From NCBI GenBank assembly GCA_965637545.1, contig OZ281494.1, positions 17,236,001 to 17,300,000 on the forward strand: a DNA stretch of 64,000 bases. Reading direction: 5' to 3'. The notes beneath the pieces are model-generated. The model saw only the letters and a program-made list of their open reading frames with translations, was not told where the DNA came from and ran no database searches. Shown here piece by piece: positions 13,053 through 24,990 of the stretch. The translations under genes and the position numbers were made by a program. This DNA comes from Phallusia mammillata. Lineage: Eukaryota. Each line of letters opens with the position of its first letter. Position 1 is the stretch's first letter.

Positions 13053-16000
13053 ATGAAACCGTTTACGTCCATAAAAAGTTTGTTAAAGGTTAAGAAAGGC
13101 AAGTGGAGTATTCCAATCCTAATTTGCAGCAGTATATTACTTTTGGTCCTTTATCATAAATTACCGAGATTTCACCATTCTACAAGAGTGAAACGAGGTA
13201 AGGAATTATGCACGCTCAAATATCTAACTTTAGATGACTTTGCTAACTTCAAATGAGGCTGACGAAATCCAAGTGATGTGATATATACTGTTTAATGCAG
13301 CAGCGGCATCGGAAGAGAAAAAGTACATGAAATTTGATGAATTTATGGACGGCAAGTTTTGGGCAAATAGCTATTATCCCTACTGGATATCAGGTAAAAC
13401 AAAAAGGGCTGCTCGTCATTAAACACCCGTATGGTCGTAGAATGTTTTTTAAAGTTTTTTATTAAAAAATTAAAAAAATTAAAAAATTAAAAACAAAAAT
13501 AACGCAGATATATTTTTGTTATATTTTTGCTTTTTAGGCAACGAATACGTTGACAAACTATCAGATCACTCTATTGTAAGAATAAACATTGAGAGTGAAA
13601 ATAAAACTGAGATTCTTCCCTCCAGTGTTTGGGTAGGTTTTCTACGTCAGGTACTTGCAAAGATTCTCGCATCGTTTGCAAAACCCCAATACGTCGTGGA
13701 ACGTCTTATTTGTGTACATTCCAGTGTTAACAGCCTCCTTCTGTAACTGTAACGCTGCGACTAAACTCAATACACTATGCTAGTGGTTCTCAAACTTTTC
13801 AACCATGCGGCACATTAACAAACTAAATTTTCATTCCACGGCTCACTTACAGCAGGCCAATTTATAAAAGTTGTTAAAAATAGTTAATATATGTAACTTT
13901 ATTGTGGTGGATAAGATTGCCTTTTATGAAAAGCAAGAAAAAAATGAGCTTTAATACGTTGCCATATATTCCCGCATTTAGAAAACAAGACACCTGGGAA
14001 TGTTTAAACTTAAAAATAGAGAAACTTTTGCGGCACGCTTGGAAATCTTTTGGGGTGCACTAAAGTGTGCCGCAGCACAGAGTTTGAAGATCACTGGTCT
14101 ATGCAATGTGTTAAACAATGTAGCAAATTAACTGCATTTTGTGGTCAAATTGAATCAACTAGCAATTGGTAACAATATACCCACAAGATTTGAAGTTAAA
14201 AAAACTCTTGAAGTGTGGTCATACTTATCGTTGACTTTTTTACAGACTGGCTTATCAGGGCCATTTTGGTATTTACTTTCTGCAGATGGTTTAATCATGT
14301 CAATTTTTCACAACCGAACCAAGGTAAGGTTATTTGATAATTGTAATTTGCCTTGTCGACTTTGCACCATGAAGTGACTTTACTTTTTCAGGGTTATACA
14401 CATTATGTCAGAACATTTTCGGTTTCCTTCTTTGAAGTACCCTCGGGGTAAGATTGGTCGATGAATAAAAGTTTTAATCATGTAAAATAGTGGGAAATAC
14501 GCCCACTTTGGTTTCAAACAACATCATGTATTGGATAAAACTTACTTATTTACAGAAACTCTAACATAACATTTAAACATTTGGTTTTGTTGTGCCGTGT
14601 TTTATATGTGCCACTCGGGATTATACTCAATGTTTTGAAGTCGTTTTATTCCCGAAGCTTTTAAATTTAGTTTTTGGGATTTGTATTGGAATTATACAAT
14701 ATTTAATCAGCTGTTATTGACATGGGATGCTCCATATTAATTTGAACACATATTCTGTAATTTTGTATCAATTCCGTGATCGTAAATCTCCTTGTTTGCT
14801 TTAACCATTTCTGTCTACTTTGTAGTTTTTTTGCAAATACTAGGCATTGAACAATTTAATACTAATTATCAATTTTTAGAACCCAAATTATGTTTCCACT
14901 CTTTCCTGTTGACGGAATACAGCAGTTCAAATGGTCCCCAGTAAACCACACTTTCGTCTTTGTAAGAGGCTTCAATGTCTACGTTGTAAAGGTAATGTTT
15001 AGCCCAAACAATTTGGTACAAAATATATTAATGGTTTTAGATTAGTAACGTTTCTCAAATACCGCACAAATATACGCTGAAGATTCTGGTTATTTTAATA
15101 GGACGAGTTTTCACCACCGAAACAGCTTACTAGTACGGGTGATGAACAATCGATATTTAACGGTCTTGCCGATTGGTTATTCTGGATTGAAATTGCAGAT
15201 GACGATGCGCTCCTTTGGTGGTCACCTGACGGAAAATTCCTTGCTTATGCCACGTATGATTATCACTTACAACTAAACTTGTCTTATACAAAAATATGTA
15301 CGGTGTAAAACAATTACTAAGTTAATTGATAATCATATTTATGTAAAATATATTCAAAAATCGCATTGATGGTTTGGCACTATCTTACGCATTTCGTACC
15401 AGAAAATGTAAACATTGTTTTACGAACCACACGAAATAACGTTCCAGGGTAAGTTTTATCAACTATAAACTACACCACTTGAAAAACAGTGGTATTGGCG
15501 TCAATTGTTTGACACAAATGTTCTCATCCTAGAGTTAATGACTCTGATGTGACTCCGTTTGAGTTTCCGATATACAGTACAAATTCGTCTTACCCACACA
15601 TGCAACGGTTGCCTTATCCCAAAGCTGGAACTAACATTCCATTCACAACTGTCACTATTATCAACGTAGAGTCGTGGGAGTCATCTAAAGTTCACCCACA
15701 TTCGGTAAGATTCCTTACTCTACATGTTTTATAGGAAATAAACAATCTTCAACCATAACAAGGCCAAAATAAAAAGGTTTGTTAGACTTGGTTATTAACA
15801 ATTAATGAAATCTAAACGATTGTTGTTCTTAAATTTGTTGTGTTTTTTTCACATGCCAACCACAATTTACCAGATTGTAACTGGGTTGTGGAAGGAATAT
15901 TATCTCAACTCAGCTGTTTGGATTGGAAACAAGGTGTTCTCCCCAACATGGAAGAATCGACTTGAAAACGAATCCATGTCAGAAAGCTGCGTCGCTCCTG

Positions 16001-19000
16001 ACTTTACATGCTCTCATGGTTAGTTCGCTACTTCGTTTGCGCGATTTTTTTAAAGTGTGGTTCAAATATTGACAATTTGTACTATTTAATCGCTGTCTTT
16101 AAATTTTGATGGGGGGATATAGCCTAAAATGTGAACATTTTTTTAGTGTGATCGATAAAAGTTTTCCTGCATAAAGTATAAATTATACAAAAAGTATATA
16201 TTTAGAGAATAGGCCCGCTTTGTGAAACAGAGGGGTTTTCTGCCTTTTATTGTGCCTTATAAGCAATTGTTCGCATGCAAAAAAAGGGTTTGCTAAAAAC
16301 GTGCCACAAATTAAATAAAACAGAAGAAATAAAATACGCATGACAGTGCAAAACCAAGTGAACAAAAAGGCATGATCGTTATCTTAAATATCTGGTCATA
16401 TAGGCTTTGATAAACAAATAATTTCTAAATACAAGACAAACTTACTTTTATTTTTGCATAAGCACTCCAAGTTAGCTCTGCGGTTCCTTACGCAATCCTG
16501 GTTTTACAAAACTGGTAAAGTTGAAACTTTTATGAGCCACATGTGATATTGCGTATTGGAAGATGGCACAAACTAACAGGAGAAAAAAATTAACGTTTGT
16601 AAACTCAATCTGCTGCTCAACCAGGACATTTGCAAGCTAAAAAACTTTTATTATTATGTCTCGTGTTTAGTGGATTCAATGATGGAGGAAAGTAAAACGG
16701 GATGGGTTGGTCATTACAAAGTTTCTCACATCTTTCCATCATTAAACAGTGAAGAATATTTCACCACAAAGTCCAATCATGGATTTTTTCATCTTGCAAG
16801 AATTAATGTGACGGAAAACAAAGTTGATTGGAGAACAAATGGGAGTTTTGAGGTGCTCATTTCCTCTGTAATAAATTGGATAAATTAATCAGTATTTATA
16901 TTAATACATACCAGTGTTGTCATAGAACTTGAACAGTGGGTAAAACTTACTGTTTTTTACATGTGGTTTTACGAGTTGTTGGTTGCAAAAATAATGTAGC
17001 CTGCTGATTTTGCTTTTTACAGGTGACTGATACTCGTTACGGATACACCTCTGTGTATACCTACGATAGCACGTGGGATTTCGTGTATTATTTAAGCACG
17101 GAGCGAGAGTCTCTTCCGGGGACCGATTTACCGCGAATCCGGCATTTGTGGAAAGTGAAAGGTATTTTCAAAAGTTTTTTTGTGGTTTCATTCAGTGAAA
17201 GCACTTTAGGATTGCATTGTAATTTTTGTCTAATTTCTAGATTTTCTACTGTTTGACACATTATTATAATTTTTGTGTATTTAAATGACACTTTAATCTT
17301 TATGAATTAAAAATTCAAAAATTCAAAAAATGAAATTACACTCGTTTTATACATCTTTAAAAATATTAACCGTTGACATTATTTTTAGCTCGTGGCTCAA
17401 ACTTTACCCGAACTTGCGTCTCTTGTCAACTCAACGTACAATTTCCCGATCGTTGTAACTGGGTAAATCCAATTTTCAGCAAAAACGGCAGCTTCCTTGT
17501 AATAAACTGCGGCGGAACGGGAAACGGTAAAACTACATGACTACTTTGCTTACAATTTGCATTACTGATTCCAGCCTAGAAACATAAAAAAAACTATTTT
17601 ACACTGATATGGTAGTCAACGTATGATGGTCCGCAACATATATTTTTGGTGAAACAGGTCCGCAACATATATTTTTGGTGAAAATCTTTGTAAATTTACT
17701 TTTTTTTATCAGGAATTCCTCTCACAACCGTACATAAAAGAGACGAACAAGGAAATTATCAGTTTGTACGAATCCTTAAAAATAACACACAACTAGAGAA
17801 AACACTGCAAGGTATAATAAACATCTTTAAGGTAAAACATACATTATGTGTCTCATAGACGATGTAGAGCTATTAATATCAAAATTCACGACAAACAAAA
17901 TTTGCTAAATATCGATAGATGGCGTAAAGAGCAACGTGATTTATATTAACGGTGAAACTGGGAAAGGGTTATGAACTAAGGGTTTATTGTTTTGTTTTGT
18001 TTTTTATCATAAAACCTCAACCGAAATAGCCCTAACTGTCAGCATTTTAACACTGTTTGCTTTAACTATTTGCAAATCTCTTTGTGCTGCCTATCGGCAC
18101 AAAGTAAACTATTTTGATGTGAGTTCTCACGCAAACTTGAATTTTTTTCCGCTAGATGGTAGTATAGATTAATGTTTTGTGTTACTGAGAAAAAATATGC
18201 TTGCATCAATAGAGTTTAGTTATTAAATTATTATTTTAGAGCATTACTTTCGTGAGGTGGTGTACGGGACTATTCAGTTGCCAGGGGTGATTGGAGATTG
18301 GTATTACAGTCTCTATATTCCACCCAACTTGGACAAAAACAAAAAGTACCCCATGCTGGTGGAGGTTTACTCAGGTAAGTTGCTGTTTTCTCTTCTACGT
18401 AAATATTAACTTTTTACCACGTTTTTCTGTCAATAAACAAGAAATTGTGAATATTTTAGTAAATGTACAAAATGTCAGTGATCTTGTTATATCTTTTAGG
18501 CCCAGCTTCCCAAGAGGTTCAGGATCGATTCTCGGTTAGGTGGAAAGACTTTGTGTCAAGTTCTCTTGATGTGGTGGTCATGAATTTTGACGGTCGTGGA
18601 AGCGGGTTTAGGGGAGAAGAAATAAGACACCTGGTTTGTATACTGGGTTGCATCTGTGCAAGGATCGTATGCAAGTGGTTAACGACTGAAAATCATAATT
18701 ATCTTTTCTGTAATTTTACAAAAAGTTTTGAGCAACAAAGCATTTATGCATTTAGGTCTACAAACATTTGGGTGAATTTGAATCGATGGACCAGATTTCA
18801 GCAGCTCAAATTGTTGCCCAAAAATATAGTTTTATTGACCCCACACGAATTGCAATATGGGGATGGTCATACGGAGGGTAAGCTAAAAAAATTTCATTTA
18901 CAAAACATTTGACCTAGCACCTTTAAAACTCCTAAGGTGTCTATAATAAGAGTATTTAGGGAAGAACTTTATATGTTTTACTAAAAAGTACAATTTTTAG

Positions 19001-19968
19001 TTACAACGATTCAGCAGAACGGTCATACATTAAAACTTAATCCATCGATTTGCTAACATCCACCGAGGATACACCTTCTGTTCTGATGTTGTTAATTTAT
19101 CTGGTGGCTTACACCATTCACTTGTTTTGTTCAGATATGCGACAACCAAAGTAATAGAAGCCGACTCCGACAATGTATACAAGTGCGGATATGCAGTTGC
19201 TCCTGTGACGGACTGGCAATTTTATCACGCAATATACACCGAACGTTACATGCATAAGCCGAAAGACAACGAGGTATAACGTATATTTTTTTGAATCGTT
19301 GACTTTTGCCAATTTTATGCTAAGGCATGACAGCCTGGTCGTATTGAAGTGGCATCCAGCTTTTGTAATAAGGTCTCTCATTATAAACTAAAGCCTAATA
19401 ACCCCTCAAAAAATTACCTGAAACCTGTTTAAGGGTCATGGTTTAGTTTACTAGTTGGATAAGGAGTTCGGGATTTAGGTCTCGTCTGACCTTTATAGAA
19501 AACAAAAAATACATTTTTCGGCTTTACCGCAAGGTGTCGGCACATACCTATATTTGTTTTCCCAAGACCCTGGATAACTCATTGTATTTGAGACCACTGT
19601 CCATAATATTTTTTTGAAAACTTTTAGGTTTAGGACGCCGTGTTAACTCACGAGATTTATTAACAGCTTGTAGTGTATAATACAACCTAATATTTTGGGT
19701 ACAGGAAAACTATCGAAAGAGCTCGGCATTGTACAACCTGAAAAATTTCAAGACTCATCAATATACATTGATCCATGGGACCAGAGATGACAACGTTCAT
19801 TTCCAGAACTCTGCACGTCTGACTAAACAACTCATCGCAAATGACGTCGATTTCGGAGCGGTTTTTGCCGCCGATAATGATCACACAATGGGGAAGGTCC
19901 AAAACGGATATAAGAGAATTTGCAAGATGATAATGCGACAAATGAAAAGTTGCTTTAATTTGCCGTAG
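13053..19968 (+). CDS. DPP4: Dipeptidyl peptidase 4/FAP-family (S9B) type II membrane serine peptidase, 799 aa
   Basis: Exons 13053-13197, 13301-13393, 13538-13632, 14246-14323, 14392-14447, 14880-14991, 15102-15253, 15533-15704, 15874-16018, 16671-16852, 17023-17161, 17389-17526, 17713-17811, 18240-18374, 18500-18633, 18756-18877, 19135-19273, 19705-19968; all GT-AG and phase-consistent (2400 nt). Features: N-terminal signal anchor, [34 protein letters not shown] (Ser), HGTRDDNVH (Asp), DNDH (His). DPP4 versus FAP orthology is not resolvable here. Confidence 0.93.
13781..14096. mobile_element. hAT MITE (older copy) in DPP4-like intron 3
   Basis: Imperfect TIRs TAGTGGTTCTCAAACT / AGTTTGAAGATCACTG. 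TSD CACTATGC / GTCTATGC (6/8 match). Confidence 0.8.
17628..17683 (+). repeat. 27-bp perfect tandem duplication in an intron
   Basis: GGTCCGCAACATATATTTTTGGTGAAA at 17628-17654 and 17657-17683. Confidence 0.95.
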
Positions 19969-21008
19969 GAACTTACTTGGGTTTATGGTCAGAAACAATC
20001 AAGACCAATTCGTTTTTCTCACGTTTTAATTCGTTTTTTGTTGAACTTTGTGTCATAAAAAATGTTAGCTCTTAATTAGCTCTTGTTGTAAAAAATCCAT
20101 TTTAATTAGGCATTTTAACTCACCAAAAAGAACTAAAATTACATAACGATTTGTTTAACATATATACCCATTAAACTAACTTTAAAGCAAAGATGGTGTC
20201 AGTAACATTTTAAACATAAAGATTCGTTATGTTATAGTAGCTATGAAGTTTTTTTATGATTGTAAAAACATTTAGTTTTTAACCCGGCTATCTTAAACTA
20301 ACAAAATTAAATTTTAAGAAGGAGATTTAGAGCATTCAATGTTGTAGCAAGCGTGAAATCAGGGGTGATTTAAAAAAAAAGATTGTTCAAAGCCAACGTT
20401 TGCATCTGCATCGCGTCTATGTATACACGCCGCAGTTTTATTAGCGCACCTGTCAACGAAAAACCGTAGGCAAATTTGCAACATACAATTCTCAACCTAG
20501 TCGGTTTTCAAGAAAACTGTAATGAGCACCCGTCCACCATAAAAGGTTTTTTGTTGATTTGACGTTTATTAACGCAACCTTCACTCTATACACTCTATTA
20601 AATATCCCATAACTGAAAAAAGCCCTAGCTGAATCATCATCAAGTTATCTAAAGCCATTCAATTATTTCTGTATACCTAGACGCCATTGCGTTTTCATAT
20701 TTTTTGCCCAAAAATATAAAAAGCTTGCACAAAATCAAGTTTACTTTTGTCGTAGTTTATTAGTGAACAAACTTCCTTACAATGGATTGTAAAAGCGATT
20801 CGCAACACAAGACGAAAAGGGGCAAGTATGTATCATAGGTTTCTCCCAACACTATATCCAATTCCCCAAAAGCACACAACACTTTTGATACCCCAGACGT
20901 TTCGGTCTGTGTTTGAATTTGTCACCGAAAAACTCTGGCGTGAAGTGCACGTCATTATACACAAATTTATGAACGGTCAGACATCCATGAACGAGCAGGT
21001 ATATATTG

Positions 21009-24000
21009 TTAGTTGCTCTTCATTCTACCCAACCTTTTCTTTAGCTTTTGAAATGCCGACGAGTGCTCTTTGTTGGGAAAGTCAATTTTATCAGAAATCA
21101 CGTGGTGGGGAATAGCAGGACGAGGAGTTTTCGTTGACTCGTAGCACTTCGGGATGGCATGAGCCACACGTGCCTTACTTAAAGCAATGTTTACTTCAGT
21201 GGTGGTGCTTGGGCGTCTTTGGTTCGGAAATATAGTGGCCACAGCATCAGCAGACGAAGTGGCAGGAGCGGTATCTTGCTTTCCATCATCGGATGAGAGA
21301 AACTCAAAATCCTCGGAACTACCAGAAAACATTGAACCCGAAGAGCTTGAACCGGGAGACGGTGGCGAACCTCTGCTTTTACGCCCGTGTTTGATTGAAT
21401 TCCATACTCTGCGATTTCGTTTCACTGAGCAGTCTTCGCTCTGGCTTCGGTTAAACAGAGGACTGCCCATTTTTTTATGAAGTGCCACCGACGCAGCAGT
21501 GGTTTCGTAGAAGGTATGTGCTGACACCTTGCGGTGCATGTTTGGGCTCATTTCCAGCGGCAAGTGTGCGAGCACGAAGAGACGTTCAAAGAGGACCTGA
21601 ACGCTGCCAAGGTCACGTGCGGACACGTCAACATGTGTGCGAAGGTGTTTGGCAATTTTTTGTTCTCCTTTGAGCCAGTCTGCTGCGGCGGAGACTGGGA
21701 CAGTTCTTTGTTCTTCCATGTCAGCTTTGTTGCCTGCGATAATAATAGGTGTATACGAGCGGGTGTGTTTTTTCTTTCGGTTTCCGTTGTGTAGAACGTC
21801 GTTGTGTAGCGAGTCTTTGGCGTCTTCGATCATACGCACCAGCTCTTTGGCGTACTCGAAACTCGACTCAGATGTTACAGAGTAAACAACAAGGAACATG
21901 TCGCCTGGAATAGAATATTCTGGGTTAAAGGCAAAAATATGTATCGATGTGTTGTTGGTTTAGCTATTTAATTTTCTTGCAATTTAAAGTTTAAAACGTT
22001 GCGTATTAACTTGCAGCGGCATGCACAAAATTATTTTTTTGAATAAGGCATCACCGAACAAACAGGATTGTATGTTGGGGCATAAATACAAAGTTTGGCG
22101 TTCAAGACCCATCCTCACTTTTACACCGCAGGCTTAATCAGATCACCACAAATCGTTGGTCTTATGATAATGCAGGAACTAAATGCTAACGTGACTAAAG
22201 GTTGCCAAAAACCCACTGACGTGGGAAATTGTCCAGATACGCGAACCGCTATTGGATTGGGTTGGGTTTTGGTTTAGGCAAAAACAAAACAAAACAACAG
22301 TGTTCCTTACACACATGCAGTGTTTTTAAGGTGTTTTGGGCGACCGAAACGGTCCCCCAAATTTCTCCAGCGGTTTCCCAAAATTTGCCAGTAGCCTAAT
22401 AAATAATTCGTTTAAGCAAATATGGCTATTTTTTGGTATTTAAATGAAACACTTGCGGTCTCTTAAAACTACTTAGCGGTCACCCAAACCAAACCTTTAA
22501 AAAAAACCTGCCCGTGACATGCGTTCGGTCACGGAGACAAAAATCCTATTTTAACCTGAAAATATTTTCGGAAAATCGAAGTGATTCATGTGGAAAGCTG
22601 GCAAAAAACATTTCTTTTGGAAATATGATCCAAACGCTATTTTCAAGGTACAATGTGACCTACAGGTGCACCAAAACAGCCTTGTTTTGCGCACAAGTGT
22701 TTTTTGACTAAAACATTAGTCTTACAAATCATTTACGTGAATCACATCTAAAGTCTGCAAATATCAAAGTACCCAATCTTTTGAAAAATTTAAGTAAACT
22801 TTATCCCACTTCGTTTGTGACGCAACAGTTCAACGAGGTGCGAACATTCACGGATGTTGTTTCGCGATGACGAAAGCTGCACGCCTGGCTGAACACGCGC
22901 GCACGTGAATAGAGTTGTTGACTCACAAAGAGGCGATTCTCTTGGCGGGGTCCGGGACCTTGGGCGTCAACAAACACAGTTTTCGATTCGTCAGAACGCA
23001 GGGGAAGGACCGAGAATGTGGTGTGCAAAGGGTGAGCGGCCTTTCAATAATAATTGAACGTGTCTGGTGACAATTGCGTTTCTCCAAAGGGATAAACATC
23101 CTTACCACTCATGAAGGATGTAGGGGATGATTGTTTACAACTTGTTAGGTCGATGAGCATCACTAATTAAGGAGGAATCGATTTGATGCCTTCTCAACAT
23201 TGAAATTCGTTTCCGATTTTTGTATGGATTTTTCCGAAGTACAACGATCAAGATTACTTTCTTACGATTAAATTAGGAAAACACTTTAAATCTATTTAAA
23301 ATCGATCATGTCAAACCACTTGAACCACACAAACCTTGTTTAAAACCAGAACCGATTTTGCCCGACTAACAGCCCTCTGGTAATTAGGTTTTTATAAAAT
23401 TCTTTCAAAAATACGTCCATGCTTAACATTAAAAAATTGCAGGTGATACCATTTTTTTTTGCAAACAGCGATCAAGTGTACTGCTAATATTTTCGAGTTT
23501 CTGATAGACTTTTCCGAGTAAAAAAACGTTCACACGGATTATTTGCCGGATCTAGAAAACCAAGCGTTGGAACTTGTTTCTGCCGAAGCGAATTTATAAG
23601 GGGGTGCAAACAGATAAATCGAGGGTAGTGAAAGAATCAATATTTGAGCTCAGCGAATTTGTTCATCGTTTCTCTGAAAGCAGTCACGCGGAATGAAGCG
23701 ACTGAGCCAAGGAGCTCCGCATAGCTCTTGTCTCCTTATTTATCAAAAGTCATTCTCCTCTCCTGGTAGCAGTTCGCTCTATGGCTGTGCGCAAACAGGT
23801 GTAAATTGTCTCACACCTATGGACTGGATATAACTAAATGTCGGATAAAGGGGTCGATAAACGTATTAATTGCCCCCCAGCTGTCCTTTTGCAGGATGTA
23901 ACAACGTGGTCGTAACATTTAAAAACATAACCTTTTTTCAAATTTGTTACGAGCAGATGGCGCGTCAACGCCCCTACAGTCGATTTTTGTCGCAATAAAA

Positions 24001-24990
24001 TCAGATATCTGGGAAATGGATTTGCCTTTGTTTGTTTAAACAATGAGGTGATTTGTAGCGGCAATCCCTCACGTTCATGCACCACGGCTTTGCAAATCAT
24101 CAAGGTAAATTATTCTCAGGGAAACTATGCGGACTGGTTTGAAACCACCAAGATTGCAAACTCGCAACAATCTGCTCACCTCAAAAAAGCGGCAAATAGA
24201 CAAGCAAAGAATGGTGACAAAGCTCTCTTGTACTCACCAGTCATGAGCGTGATCTTTTGTGTCAAAGGATTGATCGTCGCTCCTGCTGTGTCCAGGATAT
24301 CGAGTTGGTACGTGTGACCTCGGATCGTGTACATTTTGCGGTGAAAATTTTCCACAGTCGGAATGTACGCTTCACTGCACGAATAAACAATATGAAATGT
24401 ATTATACAATGGATCGAAATGCAATGTGCCGCGATAGCTAGTTTAGGCAACTAACCAATTAGTAAGCAATCCTAAATTTAACTTTGTTATCAAAAATGCA
24501 TTCAGCAAAGCCGTTTTTGAATGGATCCACTTTACAAGTTAATAGGTCGATAAGCTGGCCTTTCGTGACGTTTATAAGTGCACTCATCAGCAATTGACGG
24601 TTTACCGAACAAGACCACAATATGTTTAAAGCACGTTCTAAACTTCCATGTGAAACAATTTTCCAATCCGTAAAAATGCAACCCCTTGAATATTTAATCT
24701 TCATGAGGTTTTCCCGTTGAAAAAAGTAAAGGGTAACAGAAAAATAATGCATTCTAAACATGGTTAAGGGAATCTGATTTTAGACTACAGCAGCTGCCAA
24801 CTTCTGTGCATCCAACCATAAATTTTGCACGCTGCAGTGCACAGATGAGGAAAATGAGTGGTTAAGCTCACCTGAACGGGGTGCCCATGAACCGTGACAC
24901 AAGTTGCGTTTTTCCAACTCTTGATGCGCCCAGCACAATCATCCGTAGCTTCCTTTGTCCAGCCACCGGCACTGGTAGGGTACCTTGCAT
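21009..24990 (-). CDS. RASD: RASD1/RASD2 (Dexras1/Rhes)-like Ras-family GTPase, about 383 aa
   Basis: Exons 24990-24872, 24374-24238, 21904-21009, phase-consistent. G1 GASRVGKT, G2 YIPTVENFHRK, G3 DTAG, G4 NKAD, G5 VSAR, and RASD-specific LPLEMSPNMHRKVS and RRPS motifs. An acceptor 22 nt upstream of the ATG means a further 5' exon or trans-splice site is possible. Confidence 0.92.
24543..24590 (-). ncRNA. Degenerate type I hammerhead-like motif in RASD intron 1 (sense strand)
   Basis: CUGAUGA-GUG..CAC-GAAA-GGCC..GACC-UA. The core is intact, stem II closes with 3 bp, stem III has one mismatch, and stem I is poor. Confidence 0.4.

Noticed and set aside
13235-13280. Alternative DPP4-like exon 2 after aactttag
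   Set aside because: It would need a 37-nt intron and meets an in-frame TGA after seven codons.
21187-21885. Plus-strand ORFs of 63-97 aa
   Set aside because: Antisense shadows of the RASD last exon.
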